Shown: positions 12,889 to 25,611 of the stretch, piece after piece
How positions within the stretch are numbered: the first letter of the stretch is position 1
Layout: every line of letters starts with the position of its first letter
Source of the DNA: Podarcis muralis
Taxonomy: Eukaryota
Direction of reading: 5' to 3'
DNA: 64,000 nt
NCBI RefSeq assembly: GCF_964188315.1
Contig: NC_135658.1
Location: 42,718,001-42,782,000 of the forward strand
Position numbers and translations under genes: made by a program
The notes under the pieces: model-generated
Database searches by the model: none
What the model was told of the DNA's origin: nothing
Seen by the model: only the letters and a program-made list of their open reading frames with translations

Positions 12889-13221
12889 TGTCAGGGAACT
12901 GCCATCGGAAGGACAGGAGGTGCAAAGGCTCACTGAGGTTGAGAGAGACATAGCAGCTGAAGAGGGAACCAGTAGGGGGAGAGGAGGAACTCCAAGGGAA
13001 AGTGAGTCGGAGGGATGGCTCAGAGACGCTTCCAGCGAAAACAGTGGGGAGGTCTCAGGACCTCCTATAGGGACACCCACTCCTCGCCGGAAACTGTCAC
13101 GCCGAGAGTCCAGAAGATGTGTTTCCGTTAAGGAGCTTTTATGTTGGAAACGATTCCGAAAGCAACCACTTTCGGATTCTGCTAGCGACTGACGCAGCCA
13201 TGCCGGAGGGGCTCCGTCACA
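12889..13221 (+). mobile_element. LTR-like element (TGT...ACA), unrelated to the 1184 family, no TSD
   Basis: TGTCAGGG...CCGTCACA imperfect inverted termini, CpG-rich, open frame 12920-13192. Confidence 0.45.
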
Positions 13222-13429
13222 GGCAGAGGTTTGAAAACCTGATCAAACTCTGAGGGACTTGCATTTTACGCACAAGCAGCTCATCATCCCATCACATTAC
13301 GATTTTTGAAGGTCAGAATATGGGGCCACAATTCATCCACTGTGTGAAGCTTTATTACGTAGCGTTTTAAATTTTTCCATCTTGGCTATGTTGAGAGCAG
13401 ACACAAATCAGAGAAGTTGTAGTCCAAAC

Positions 13430-13435
13430 TTTATT
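13430..13435 (-). terminator. Candidate GJA5 polyadenylation signal (AATAAA), implying a 3'UTR of about 3.2 kb
   Basis: Minus strand tgtcctAATAAAgtttggactacaacttctctgatttgtgtctg with a downstream GU-rich element in unique sequence; other AATAAA at 15901-15906 and 15710-15715 are alternatives. Confidence 0.35.
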
Positions 13436-14559
13436 AGGACAAAACAAAGCATAGTTTTGAAACTTCTTTAAAAGAGAACATGCATCTTCCCACCCTCCTT
13501 CTTGAAATATGGAGAAATCAGGGGCCATAACGGAAGCAAATGTTAATTAAGCACAGGATTTTGTTTCTCATCCACCCTTCTATCATAAATACATCATTGC
13601 GCTTGTTCTCTCTGCCCAATATAAGGTGATGGGATGCAACATTAATTCAGTAAACACATTTTTTTGAAAGGGCGGCAGAACACATTACTATTTGGAAACT
13701 AGATCCTCCTGAAAGAGGATGACAAAAATTCCCTTATCTGAGTTTTGTGATAAACAAACTGATCCCCTTTATTCCTGGGTGTCGTCTGAGCAGTTTACAA
13801 GGTTAGTGGTGTTTGCTATCTTGAACATCTAGTCTAAACTGTAAGGTGTTGGTGTGGGATGGAACTGAGTATTTTTCTAGTTTCTTTAAGAATAAGTGTC
13901 AGCCATGCTTGATACTCCATCAGTAGATAATATTCCCACTCTTAAGAGGTCACATGAGGGCAAAGTTGAAGTGAACTTGCAAGACAGTGAAGGCTTTGCC
14001 TGAGTGAATCATGTTTATGGGTCTTGTGAGGCTCCTCAGGGGCCTTTGGCGTCCCAAGTGTATGAAACTGGTCCTGGTCACTCATGGAGCATGAAGACTA
14101 GACACAACCACTCCAGGAAACCTAGGAGAAGCTATAAGGAAACATATCATTCTAATTAACTCATGAGAAGTTAATTTCCTGTAGCTCTGATTTGACTTTC
14201 ATCAGTGCTAAAGGCTCTAGAAATTGCTTGGGCCCGATTCCTGACCGCTGCACCTGTAAGGTGGGTGCCTCATGATTCCCTTGCCCTCCTTCTCCAGCTG
14301 CCAAAACTATGTGGCGTTTCTAGTTCTCACCTGCTTCTGCCAGTGCTTCCTGCTCAGCTAATTGAGTACAGAAATGGTTTAGAGCTCTCTAGAAATGATG
14401 TTGAAATTCTGGCGGCCATGTATCCTACTTCACTGAGAATAGTCATCTGTATGAAGGTCTGCCAGAGGACAACCTTCTGTTTGAAGGCCTGTCTGGTCCA
14501 AGCAGTGGAGGTTGGTTCATTAGGGCAAATGGGGCTAGCCTTCTTACTTATATCCAGTC

Positions 14560-14700
14560 CAGGGGGTGGCCCTTCCTGTCAGCTTCTTTCGTCTTAGGCT
14601 CAGTGTTGCCCTTGTAGAACTCAGCAGGGAGGAGCATCTAGAATTAGTTGACTCTGCCTGTCATTGGCTCTGGCTCCACCTACTGAGGGGCTCCCTGCCT
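14560..14700 (-). repeat. Unclassified old dispersed repeat; opposite-orientation copy at 44320-44430
   Basis: Minus strand gtaggtggagccagagccaatgacaggcagagtcaactaattctag...agggcaacactgag matches gtaggtggagccacagccagtgactggctgagccaagtaattctag...agggcaacactgag. Confidence 0.6.
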
Positions 14701-16104
14701 TCACCCTACCATTTCCAATGTTGACCCACCACCACCACTGGATCCAAGTCCAGTTTAAGGCTAAAAAAACCAAAAGAAGGGAGAGCAGGTGCCCTGAAGG
14801 TGGCTGTGATAGTTAACATTTCAACAGAAAACCAAGCAGGCACACAGACTTCCCCACTAAGGTGAGATGTAGCTCTAGTCCACACTTCTGTTTGTCCTGC
14901 CACTTTCCCCCAGGGAAACCTGCTGTTTACCGCTGAATTAGAGCAAACATCAATTGGGTTTTCTGCAGATTGATGTTTGCTCCAATTCAGTGGTGAAGAG
15001 CGGGTTTTCTCGGGGCAAACGGAAAATTGCTTGGACCAGTGTTTAGATAGCATGAGAAAACCTCTTGGACCTGTGCTTCCTAGGCATGGGACAAGCAGAA
15101 GTGTGGATGAACCCAAACTGTACTACTACCAATTAAAGGAATCCGTTCTAAATTTGCATCTCTCTATAAATTAACATACACAAATTTTATGTGAATTCAC
15201 ATCCTCTTGGCTCCTGTTTCTTGGTGAAACATTTCCTCTCCTTTGTGCATACAAGAGGCCATTCTAGTTGGAATGGTCCTCTTAACCCTTGCATTCTCTA
15301 CTTTTGATCCTGAGTGTATTCTTGCCTGATCATTTTTAAAAAAACAAACAAACACACACATCACCGCTAAATTTAAAAGTAAGAATGGATTAAAAAGAGT
15401 ACAAAATTTTAAAAACTACAAAATATGAATGTGCTTCCCCACACTGGGTTGCTTCTCATTGAAGTATTATTTTCCATGGGAAATATTGTTTCCATTGAGT
15501 AAATATTTCTGTTGAAACAACTCTAATAAGTCTATTCAGTTACTGTCATACAGAGCTAGTCTTTATCTAGGAGGCTATTCAAATTCTAAAGTAGTTATAT
15601 ACAGACATATCAAAAATTCAAGTAGAATTCATTGCACATTTACTTGGCATAAGTAGGGCAAGCTGGAATAGTATGTGGGGTCCAGTGGAAAGATGAGAAG
15701 GAAAGACCACTTTATTTTTCACTTTTCCAGGAAAAGGGAAGCTGCCCCATGGTGTGCTTGCAAAATGTCTGAAAATGATGCTAGAAGGGAAGTGGAGAAG
15801 TGGAAGAGCAGAAGCCCATAGTCATCAGGTCAGTGCTGCATATAAGAAACCAGCCTCATCTGGGAAGTAAAGGTTTAGCTCAGCAAGTCAGTGTCTCTGC
15901 TTTATTTGAGAGGAGAGAAATAGTGGATGTCACAATCAATGGCACCTCCCTATTAAATAGCAGAGTGTTAGGGTCTGCTAGTTTAGGAATTTGTCCAAAA
16001 TAGCAACTGAAGCCACTGCAAATTGAAACCATCATAAATCCAATCAAGAAATCCAGGGATTTATAGTGATATAGAGATTTATGAAAGGGCTTGGGACTTC
16101 CACT

Positions 16105-16348
16105 AAAGATGTCACCTTCTCGGTAGTGCCACCTGCCCTGTGGAATGCCCTTCCATCAGATGTCGAGGAAATAAACAACTATCTGACTTCTAGAAGCCAT
16201 CTGAAGGCAGCCCTGTTTAGGGAAGTTTTTAATGTTTGAAGTTTTATTCCATTTTTAGTGTGCTGTTGGGAGCCGCCCAGAGTGGCTGGGGAAACCCAGC
16301 CAGATGGGCAGGGTATAAATAATAAAATGATTATTTTTATTATTATCA
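16105..16348 (+). mobile_element. L2 LINE 3' end lying antisense in the GJA5 3'UTR region
   Basis: ctgtggaatgcccttcc...gagccgcccagagtggctggggaaacccagccagatggg...ataaataataaa; sibling copies at 22520-22670 (+) and 60593-60785 (-). Confidence 0.7.
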
Positions 16349-16679
16349 CTCCTGCATTCTTTGGAAAAATCAGAATGAATATACTGGTTTAAGCGTAGAG
16401 TGAGATCCACTCAAAGTATACATCAGCTTCAGTCCTTTCGCTAGTAACCAAAGCTTATTTTAGTATTTGTTTTGAAATAGTTCACTCTCCTTTCTGACTG
16501 TTAGTTAACAAACTCAAATAATGAAATAAGCTTTGACATAAGCTTTTTGCAATATGCCAGGCCATTCACTTAATGAGTTGAACTGGCTGATTGGACGATT
16601 GGACCCCAGACTGCCAGGGTTTCAAAATCTACACTGCAAGTTTTTGTCACATCAGAGAGTCTTCCCTTCAGAACACAAT

Positions 16680-17789
16680 TCACACGGACAGGTCATCAGA
16701 GCGAGCTTTACTGCTGGCGCGGCTGGTTTTGCTGAGCCTACGTTTGTCATGGAAGTAGCCATTGGGAACCAGGGTGGGTGTGGAGCTATTGGCGGCCTCC
16801 GAAGCCTGAGAATAGTTAACTTGGATAAATGGCGCTTCCCTGTCTGCGTCGTCTTGGTTGTGAACCCTCTCCGTTGCAAAATTGGCAGTGTTCTGCTGAG
16901 AGGCCATTTTGTTGCTGAAGGGACTGATAAATTTTCCACCAGGGTTGGCCAAACACTGATTAAAATCTGGAGGAGGGGTACAGCTTTGGATCATCTTTGC
17001 TTGGGGGTCTGTTTCCAGTTTGCTGGCGACTGGGCTGGGGCTGCGTTTGTAAGAAGGGGAGAACTTCTGCTTGGCTTTCTTCCATCCCAAGTGATATAGT
17101 TCAGCCAGGCTTAAGAACAGGGAGAGTGCTGCTACGGCCAGCATGAAAATGATAAAGATGTTCTTCTCAGTTGGCCGAGAGACGTAGCAGTTGACTGGAT
17201 GGGGGCAAGGCTTCCGTTGACAGATATAGAGCGTCTCAAGGAAGATTCCATACAGCATGTACTGCCCAATGATGAATGCTACCTCCATGGTGGTACGGAT
17301 TAAAATGCTGCAGACGTAGGTGTTCAACAAAGTGCCTTGAAGAATGATCCTCCCACTTGGCTCATCCCAGCAGGACAGCTCCGCCTTCTCGGGCGCTTGG
17401 TACTCCTGCTGGTGGAAAGAATCTCCCTTGCTCTGAATTGCTGTCGCCGCTTCTTTGGCCTCCTTTAGCTTCCTCTTCTCCTCCATGCGCACTGTGTGCA
17501 TTGCATGTCCCATGTACAGCAGGGAAGGGGTGGAGACAAAGATGATCTGAAGGACCCAGTACCTGATGTGGGAGATGGGGAAAGCTTTGTCGTAGCAGAC
17601 GTTCTCGCAACCCGGTTGCCGGGTGTCACACATGAAGTCGGACTGTTCATCTCCCCACGAAGACTCTGCGGCTGTGCCCAGGACAAGCATCCGGAAGATA
17701 AAGAGCACGGTCAGCCAGACTTTCCCCACCACTGTGGAATGCTTGTGGACTTCCTCCAGGAATTCTCCTAGGAAGCTCCAGTCACCCAT
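16680..17789 (-). CDS. GJA5: Gap junction alpha-5 protein (connexin 40), 369 aa, single coding exon
   Basis: ORF starts [49 protein letters not shown], has all six extracellular cysteines ([12 protein letters not shown]; [12 protein letters not shown]), the Cx40-type [10 protein letters not shown] and MASQQNT motifs, and ends [14 protein letters not shown]. Confidence 0.97.
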   Translation of the reverse strand: MGDWSFLGEFLEEVHKHSTVVGKVWLTVLFIFRMLVLGTAAESSWGDEQSDFMCDTRQPGCENVCYDKAFPISHIRYWVLQIIFVSTPSLLYMGHAMHTVRMEEKRKLKEAKEAATAIQSKGDSFHQQEYQAPEKAELSCWDEPSGRIILQGTLLNTYVCSILIRTTMEVAFIIGQYMLYGIFLETLYICQRKPCPHPVNCYVSRPTEKNIFIIFMLAVAALSLFLSLAELYHLGWKKAKQKFSPSYKRSPSPVASKLETDPQAKMIQSCTPPPDFNQCLANPGGKFISPFSNKMASQQNTANFATERVHNQDDADREAPFIQVNYSQASEAANSSTPTLVPNGYFHDKRRLSKTSRASSKARSDDLSV

Positions 17790-17814
17790 TTTGGCTCAGC
17801 AGAGAGACTGGTCT

Positions 17815-17850
17815 CTGAGGGAGAGAGAGAGGAGAGAGAGTGTGTGTGTG
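17815..17850 (-). promoter_or_regulatory. Splice acceptor of the GJA5 coding exon (exon begins 17814, 25 nt before ATG)
   Basis: Minus strand reads ...acacacacactctctctcctctctctctccctcAG|agaccagtctctctgctgagccaaaATG. Confidence 0.75.
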
Positions 17851-18126
17851 TCTTGCTGAAATAATCTTATTTATGCATAAAAGTACTTCTGTACTTCCAT
17901 ATCATCTCATATCAGGGCAGTGTACAATGTTATAACATATAACACCATTTTTAAAAATGCAAATGCAAATGCAATGGAAGAGAAATAATTGCCAATAAAT
18001 AGTACTTCCTTTGTAGATAGAGTGGCATTTGAAAGGCTCCAAAACTGCTACAAAAGCAACTGTGGAAGCAGATAAAGGCAACTTTTTTTTTTTGTAGATA
18101 AAGCATTATACCACTTCATTATAGTA

Positions 18127-18335
18127 CAGTGGTACCTCGGGTTACATACGCTTCAGGTTATGGACTCCGCTAATGCAGAAATAGTACCTCAGGTTAAGAA
18201 CTTCACTTCAGGATGAGAACAGAAATCATGCTCTGGCGGTGTGGCAGCAGCAGGAGGCCCCATTAGCTAAAGTGGTGCTTCAGGTTAAGAATGGACCTCC
18301 GGAACGAATTAAGTACTTAACCCAAGGTACCACTG
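18127..18335. mobile_element. Tc1/mariner (Tigger-like) MITE
   Basis: TIR CAGTGGTACC...GGTACCACTG with TA TSD. Confidence 0.85.
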
Positions 18336-20002
18336 TACTATACTGAAGTAGGATGACTAAGTCAAAGTACTTCTGGAAAGTTGAAAAATGTGTCACTTGG
18401 TCTCAGCATCACCAATTCATATTTTGCCCCACTGTGTTGTTTTAGTTGTTTAATCTAGCAAAGAAATTGATTAACAATATCATAATCCTAAACACGTCTA
18501 CTTAGAAACAAGTCACATTGAATCCAGGAGGGAGTACTCCCCCCCAAAAGTAGGCAGTGGATTGCAGCCTAAAGCTTGCAGTTCTGCTTCTTTTATACAT
18601 CAAAGCACCTCTGTAAGCATATCACAAGTACTCTCAGCCACCTTGCATGGGACCACTCGTGCCTAAGTCTTTGGTCATACACCCATGCCTGTCTACCATG
18701 AACTCACTGTGTGATGACCTCATTTAACCTAGTAGCCAAACTCTCCAGTGTTTCCATTCACCACGCCTCTACTTGCGTATCTATTTCCCTTCCTCAAAAC
18801 AGTCCCATTGTAAGTTGGGCAGCAGAACACAACTTTGAGTGAGCGAATGCTGTTCATTTGAGAGCGGGTGTCTACACATCTGGATGTTGCGGTCGACATC
18901 CCTATGGCACTGTTTCTTTGAGATCACCCAGCTATAAAAACCTTTTGTTACTTTCTTTCAGAGGAGGGAAGTTTTCCCTTCCTTGTTTTCATGGCCATAA
19001 CTTCCTTTTGCTTGTGGTATCACATGCACTGAATGAGAGGGAAGACAGAGACACCGTACTCCATTACTCTTTGCTCCAGACAAAGCAGCGTCCTTGACAA
19101 GCAAAGAATAGCGAAGCAGTTTAAAGAACTCCCTTTTACGAGGTGGGCAGACCATTCCACCCATGTAAGCTTCTGCTTCAGAGAACTCTCTTTGTATGAA
19201 CTTCTGTTATTTGCTGCGGGGAGGCCAAGAATCCTTCACTTAAAACACACACACACACACACACAGAAAGCTTGGAGGCCTAGCTAAAATTGGATCTGCA
19301 GGGATATAAATAGCAGACCTCAACAGCTAGCACTATGTTTTCCCACAAGAAAGGTGACCAAAGACTGTTAGCCCTGCAGAAGAGGGTTAGTGATTAAATG
19401 TATTTTTTTAAATGCATGGCCGTTTCCCTACCATATGGTACATGGAAGTCTGTTGGCTGGTGCAAATTTGAATGAAAATCTGTATGGCCAATATAAGTTT
19501 GGGAAACTTGACTTTTGGACCCTTTCCACATAGACCCTTTCCACATAGATCTCTACTAGGAAATGAAATCCCCTTGCAATGGGGAAAAGGGCCTATATGA
19601 GTCTGCCTTCAGGGCCTTCTCTGTAAAATGCTTCTTGTGATGGGTGCTGAACTTGTGATGGGTGAAATTAAGATATTACAATATTCACTGCACAAAAGGA
19701 ATGCTTGAAGCTAAGCCCATCTAGTATGGATATTCTTTAACAAGGAGGTCTGTTCAAAAGGAAAACATTGATGCCGTTTGCTTTTGGTGCCTTTTAGATG
19801 TTATAGCAGTGGCTTTGGAATAGTTTTTCCGTAGCTTCATCCCATGGTGTGGTTGTAACATTTAACGGTATGGCACGGTGCAATCAGGGCCAATTGTGTT
19901 GGTTCCTGATTCTGGTTCAGCTACGATCATATATGAAGGACTTGCACAAATGGCCCCACCTATGCAGTTCTGAGCTTTTAAACATTATGACAACCATTCT
20001 CA

Positions 20003-20130
20003 TCCTTTGGTCCACATATGTTGTTGGACTACAACTCCCATCATCCCTAGCTAGCAGGACCAGCGGGCAGGGATGATGGGACTTGTAGTCCAACAACATA
20101 TGGGGACTCAAGGCTGAAAAAGGCTGCATT
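20003..20130. mobile_element. Palindromic MITE of an abundant family (siblings near 11450, 35100, 44630, 51960, 56385)
   Basis: 34-bp inverted arms 20015-20048 and 20069-20102 (ggactacaactcccatcatccct). Confidence 0.7.
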
Positions 20131-22790
20131 ATCGCCACACTGTGGGATGAACCTCATGGAAGAATAATTTCATATTTGAAGTTGACCACTGAAAGGGCTC
20201 TTACTGTGTTGGCACCCATGCTAGAAATTTATCCCAAGGCAACTTTGCCTAGTGCCTTTAAACTTTGAAGTATCAAGAAAAGGTTTCTCCAGTGTGAAAT
20301 TGTTTTTGTAAGTGCCTTGAGAGCTTCTGCCCCAAAGTGGGACATAAATCTCTCAAATAGACACATACATTTTAATTAAAATAAAAAGTGAATCTCAGGG
20401 ATGACTTACAGCAAGGCAATCTAAAATCAATGCAGCATTCAACATTATGTTGCTGCTTTTAAAAACTGTACCAAATAAACGAGATACTTAACAATAATCA
20501 ATCTAGAACTCACACTACAAAGGGAGAGGGGGAAAAAGAGGCTAGTTGTCTCTGAGATGCTCTGAAATTTCAGAGAGTCTTCTGACTCATCATTAAAGTG
20601 CTGTAAGAGTCTCTGTTGTTTTGCTACACGTTGCTCTCTGAAACCACAGAGATTATTGTAAAACAATTGAATTGGAAAGTATACTCCAAAAGCTTCCCTC
20701 CATGTTTATGAATGCTGTGAATATACTGAGTTGAAGGACTGCAAGGAAATGATAATGCTAAGTGGCGTTATCATACCTTGGGTGTGAGTGTGCTGAATGC
20801 TGCTGCACAGATGGGTGTTTTACTTCGTATCTTTATCAGCGAGTTCAAAGCTGATTGAACTGGCATGTAACAAAGCATGTAAATCTTATGTCTGGTACTA
20901 AATTGGGAGGTGTTGGATACGCCAGCGAGGACAGCCAAATAATACGGATGAACCCAGGAAGATTAAGAAATACTGTATTGTCATAGTCTGAGTGCGGTGG
21001 AAAGAGAAGACTACAGCTTCATTTTTGAGGCTGTATTGTGGTGCAGTCAGTAAAAGGGAGATTGCTTTTATTTGTTTATTTAAGGAGACGCAGGGAACAA
21101 CATGGATAAATGCCTCGTAGCAAAAACTTAGCATGATACTGGTCTAAAGAAGGACATCATACAGCTTTCTCAGCATTATATGGAACATCTGAATTTTGCA
21201 CAGATGCATCACAAGCTGTATTTCTTGAATTCCATGGTGCTTGGCTCCACTGTTTACTCTACCCCCTTCCAGTCTCTTTTCATGTACGTGTGTGTATGTG
21301 TGTATGAGAGAGAATATCTAACTGCGGGTAACACTCCATGCATCACAGTGGGCTTTAGTTCACAAAAGCTTCTGCCATAACTTCTGTGTGACTTTTTAAG
21401 GCACCATGTGTTCGCTGGCTTGCTGAATCAATGGTTTTTAGTTTATCTTTTTTACTAGAACCTCAAGATTCATCAATTGGAGCTTGTGGTTTGGGTGCAA
21501 AACAGTGGCTCAAGAGGCCAGGTAAATTACCTATGAGTGCAATGGCCTGTATATACGTAAGTACAAATCTAGTTCACTACAGATCAGGGATTCTAACTAC
21601 CTAATTTAGGGTGGGGTAGGTAAGGTATTGTAACTTGTGACTGGGAGACAGGAAATCCTTACATTGCAAATTATCCAGCAATCTACCAATAGATCCTGGC
21701 CTTCCTTTCTCCCACACCTGTTCTAGTAGACAAATGGACAGATGTTTCTTACTGACATGCGACAATATGTCCACATTCTAACCTACATACAAATTAGCTA
21801 GAAAGGGGAAACATAACATAATCCAGAGGGGGCTGGGTTTTTAATTTTTATGGGAGCAAATTAATCAAACACATTTTTGAGCAGTTTTGTTTTTTCAGTA
21901 GATATTCACTCAATATTTAAATATCGGGGCTTTTTATTTTTTAAAATCTCCTTTTAAAAGGAGGGGAAATCAATTTACTACTTTTTCTTTCTCTTTTTGG
22001 ATCTCTGATGAGATCTTTTGATCTATTCTTGATCCCCACTGCTCCCGTAACTGCTCATCCGTTCTATTTCTTTCAAGTGCCGTGATGACACAAAGGAGAC
22101 AAGGACAGTGGAAGAGGGTATGTGAAATCAGCCTACAGGCCAAAGAGAAAGGAGCTGGAAGAGGAATGATTGCCTATGCTGGTATGCTTCAGATTCCTTC
22201 CAACCGAGTACTGACATTCCCAAGGGCAAAGTACAGGGATAAAATAAAATGTATGTGATAAAAATAATGCATAACTTGCTTGCAACAGTGAGAATACTTT
22301 GCATAGTTCCCAAGAGACTGTGGATTCAGAATCTCACCATTCTGAACTCTGAACCCTTAGGAATTGTCTCACCATTGGAAAATCCAGAGAGAAGACACAG
22401 GGGCAGCTGAGACTGTTCAGTTTGGTGTCTGATTGGTTTTATATATAGTGCATCACCCAGAATTTGCTAATATAGGGACTGCTACAAAGAGGAGCCATGT
22501 AATATTATTTGTGCTAGAACCATAAGCAAGGAAAGAAACAACTATCTGATTTTTCAAAGACATCTGAAAGCAGCCCTCTATAGGGAAGTTTAAAACGTTT
22601 GATGTCTTAGTGTGTTTTAATTTGTTGGAAGCTGCCTCGAGTGACTGGGGGAACCCTGCCAGATGGGCTGCATCACCACCACCACCATATCTGGACAGGC
22701 AAACATACTCCTCTGCTGCTGCAGCCTCTGGTGCAACGTAAAATGTTGAGGACCAAGCATGAAATAGCCTGATCAAGCATGTGCAGTTGA

Positions 22791-23015
22791 GAGCCAGTGT
22801 GGTGTAGTGGTTAGAGTGCTGGACTAGGACCTGGGAGACCAGGGTTCGAATCCCCACTCAGCCATGAAACTCACTGGGTGACCTTGGGCCAGCCGCTCAA
22901 TCTCAGCCTAACCTACCTCACAGGGTTGTTGTGAGGAGAAAATGAGGAGGAGAAGTATGCAGGCCACCTTGAGCTCCACGGAGGGAAGGTGGAGTATAAA
23001 TGTAATAATAAACAA
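22791..23015 (+). mobile_element. tRNA-derived SINE (Squam3/MIR-like)
   Basis: agccagtgtggtgtagtggttagagtg A-box, gggttcgaatccc B-box, core ctcactgggtgaccttgggcc, A-rich tail. Confidence 0.8.
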
Positions 23016-24026
23016 ACATGCAAACAAACACCTCCCATGTGCTGGTTAGGGTTTTGTACAAAGGCTGAGGGGAAAGAGTTCAAATACTCAATGCCATACA
23101 GCAGTTGTGACCCTACCACTACCTAATGTACCTCACAGAACAATTCTAGTACTTGTGGTCTGTTAACTGGAATGAAATTGGACACATTCCAAGTGAAAGC
23201 ACAAGTTTGTGATGATAGTATTTGGGGATCAGTCCTGATGGAATGGTACTTTTTATTTTCCCTTACTGAACAGCTGAGGGTAAAGAGGGCCTCGATTTTT
23301 CCAGAGACCTAACATACATGGACTGACATGCAAATATCTACACATAGATACATTAAATAGGAGTGGGATAATACATCACACACACTCACAAACCAGATAT
23401 CTAGTTTCACATGGGGCATGCACTACATAATCATCATATGTAGTGATGATTGGCAGAGATATTGGCAGTGATGATTGGCAGAGATATTGAGGAATTCCAA
23501 ACAAAAAATAAATTAAAAAGTGGGAAATCAAAAGAGCTGTTTCAGCTGAATTCAGATCATGGGCAAGTTGGCTGGTTTTGCACAGCTTGCCTCTAGTAAT
23601 AACCACTTCAAAAGAATAACAATGCAATTGTACTTGGTGGTCTAACACAGCTTGGTCCAAGAGCATTTGGTTTCTCTGGTCTATTCATCTTCCCATAACA
23701 CCCTGACTGTGATGAGGCCAGCTCCAGCATTCTTATAACTTAAGTAAAGAAGAAACTTCTGTTAGCAAGACCACTCATCTGTCTCTAACCATAGGTAGCC
23801 CTTGATCTCTAATTCTATGTACAGGTTCTTCTAAGTCCCATTAAATAAAGTAGGACATAGTCTCAAGTCAAAATGCCTCAGAACAGTCTGTTGGTTTCTA
23901 GAGGTTATGGCAATTAGAAGAAAGCTCTTGTCCTGTCTTCTACTTCCAAATCATGTGACTTTTTTTTTTTGGTTCCCCTCCCTAAAATTAGTGTATTGTC
24001 AGACTTCATCACCCCCACTAAAATAT

Positions 24027-24928
24027 ACTTTTTATATAATATTTTTATTAGTTTTCAATTACAGTCCAATAATAGCCTCATTATTTTTTAAAAAAACCCA
24101 ATTTATAATGCAATTGTTAATATCAAATCGTTCAAATACTGAATTATATAATTTAGCTAAAGAGCCACCCCCCCCCCGCAAGCTAGATTTGATGGTTTGA
24201 TGATTTTCATTACTCCTGCTTTCCAAAATCTTATTAATTTCAATTCCATCTGTAATCATTTTATTCACTTCATAAATAATAAAGGATGGGGACGAGTCAG
24301 CTCTAAGTCTTCATAATAAATCTTTTGCAAAATAGAGCTTCCCTTCCTTTTTCCTTTTTCAACACACACAATTCCGTTTGATGCTATAGTCCATATTTAT
24401 AATCCAATTTATTCCATACTTGCTTGTATAAATATAATTTGAACTAACATTCAGAGGACGGTTGCCGAATCATAAATTTAGAGAAGAAAACTTTAAATAA
24501 AGAAACCGTAGGTTCCCCTCCCCCACCGTCTTTTGCACCATATGAAGTCTTATCTCAAGTTCACACCTTAAAGTCCTTGCAGTTGGTTTGTTCCACAGTT
24601 TGTGATCTCATCTCTTCTAGCATGCACCTGTACTTTAGTCCAATTAAGCTCTAATTAACAGGCAAACCTCTGTTTCTTAATGGTGGCGCTGGAGGGTTTT
24701 TGCCAGGCAAAGTGCTTTTATACTCAGCGCCTCCCTGCCCCCCACATTCCATGCCAGAGCGAGAGCCAGGTACGGTACCAAGACAAACTGCAAGTGAAGC
24801 CCATTCCCCCCTTTCCTTGGGGGGAATTTGCAAGGATAATTACCCTCAATCATCCTTGTTTTTCCTTCGTCAACAATCTCCTGCTGTCTTGGAGGCTGCC
24901 TCTGTTAAGTCAGAACAGACCTGGAAGC
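24027..24928 (-). mobile_element. Putative non-coding L1-like retroelement of about 900 bp
   Basis: Minus strand begins GGCTTCCAGG and ends AATAAAAATATTATATAAAAA; degraded TSD cacccccactaaaatat / cacccctaaaatat. Confidence 0.4.
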
Positions 24929-25611
24929 CACCCCTAAAATATTCTTATTTAGATCAGGCTGTTTAGCAGCACACTTACCTGGGAGTAAGCTCCAATTAAT
25001 GCAAGGGAACTGCTTCTGAGTAGAGTATGTATAAGATAGTGCTGTCAGTTTTACTATGCATGTAATGAAGAGCAAATATTCTACAAAATGCGCACATACA
25101 AAAAAGAAACAATGTAAAGCTTCCAACTAAATCTAGCAAGAAGAATCCAGCCATATGACAGCAAAGTTCATCTCTAGTGGTTATAGGTTTCTGCAGTTAT
25201 CAGATAGCCTTCTCAGCAACAAGAATCCGTTTAAATTAAATAACGTCAAACTCTCTCTAGACATTAAAGCTTTCTTTGGTTATCAGATATCAGTGTTATA
25301 TGAAAAAGCTGAACAGGAAAGCATAAACGGCTTACTGTTTAGGAGGGAATAAAAACTAACAAGGACAGCATTCATAAGGACGTGAACTTTCTCACATTAG
25401 ATGGACACTATTAAACAAGGAAAAATACTCCAAAAGTATATAAATAACCCAGCACATGTCGTCCTTTTTCTGTAAACAGAGAGAAGGTGGCTGCCTCACA
25501 TCAGATTTCTGATGGTTCTTACTATTGCTTGTTTTAAATTTAAAGAAAACCAGTTCCAAATTATTACTCCCTGAGCTTCCCGCAGTTTGTCACATTGACC
25601 ATTTTACTCAC

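Noticed and set aside
14205-14597. 130-aa ORF in the putative GJA5 3'UTR region
   Set aside because: Non-ATG start, no domain, overlaps an old repeat
1-16000. Exons of a neighbouring gene expected from amniote synteny (for example ACP6)
   Set aside because: No ORF piece with recognisable similarity was found; cannot be supported
16554-17859. Several antisense or alternate-frame ORFs over GJA5 (and 61924-63177 over GJA8)
   Set aside because: Typical shadows of a GC-balanced coding exon; no recognisable domains
22003-22035. CTGATGA followed by hairpin GATC-TTTT-GATC, hammerhead-like
   Set aside because: No GAAA box after the hairpin (TATT instead) and no helix I/III
22791-22865. tRNA-like sequence with A and B boxes (also 28905, 29690)
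   Set aside because: Continues into SINE body and tail; no closed cloverleaf acceptor stem
23443-23490. Tandem duplication of gtgatgattggcagagatattg (also a 15-bp duplication near 19520)
   Set aside because: Ordinary slippage duplications with no further structure
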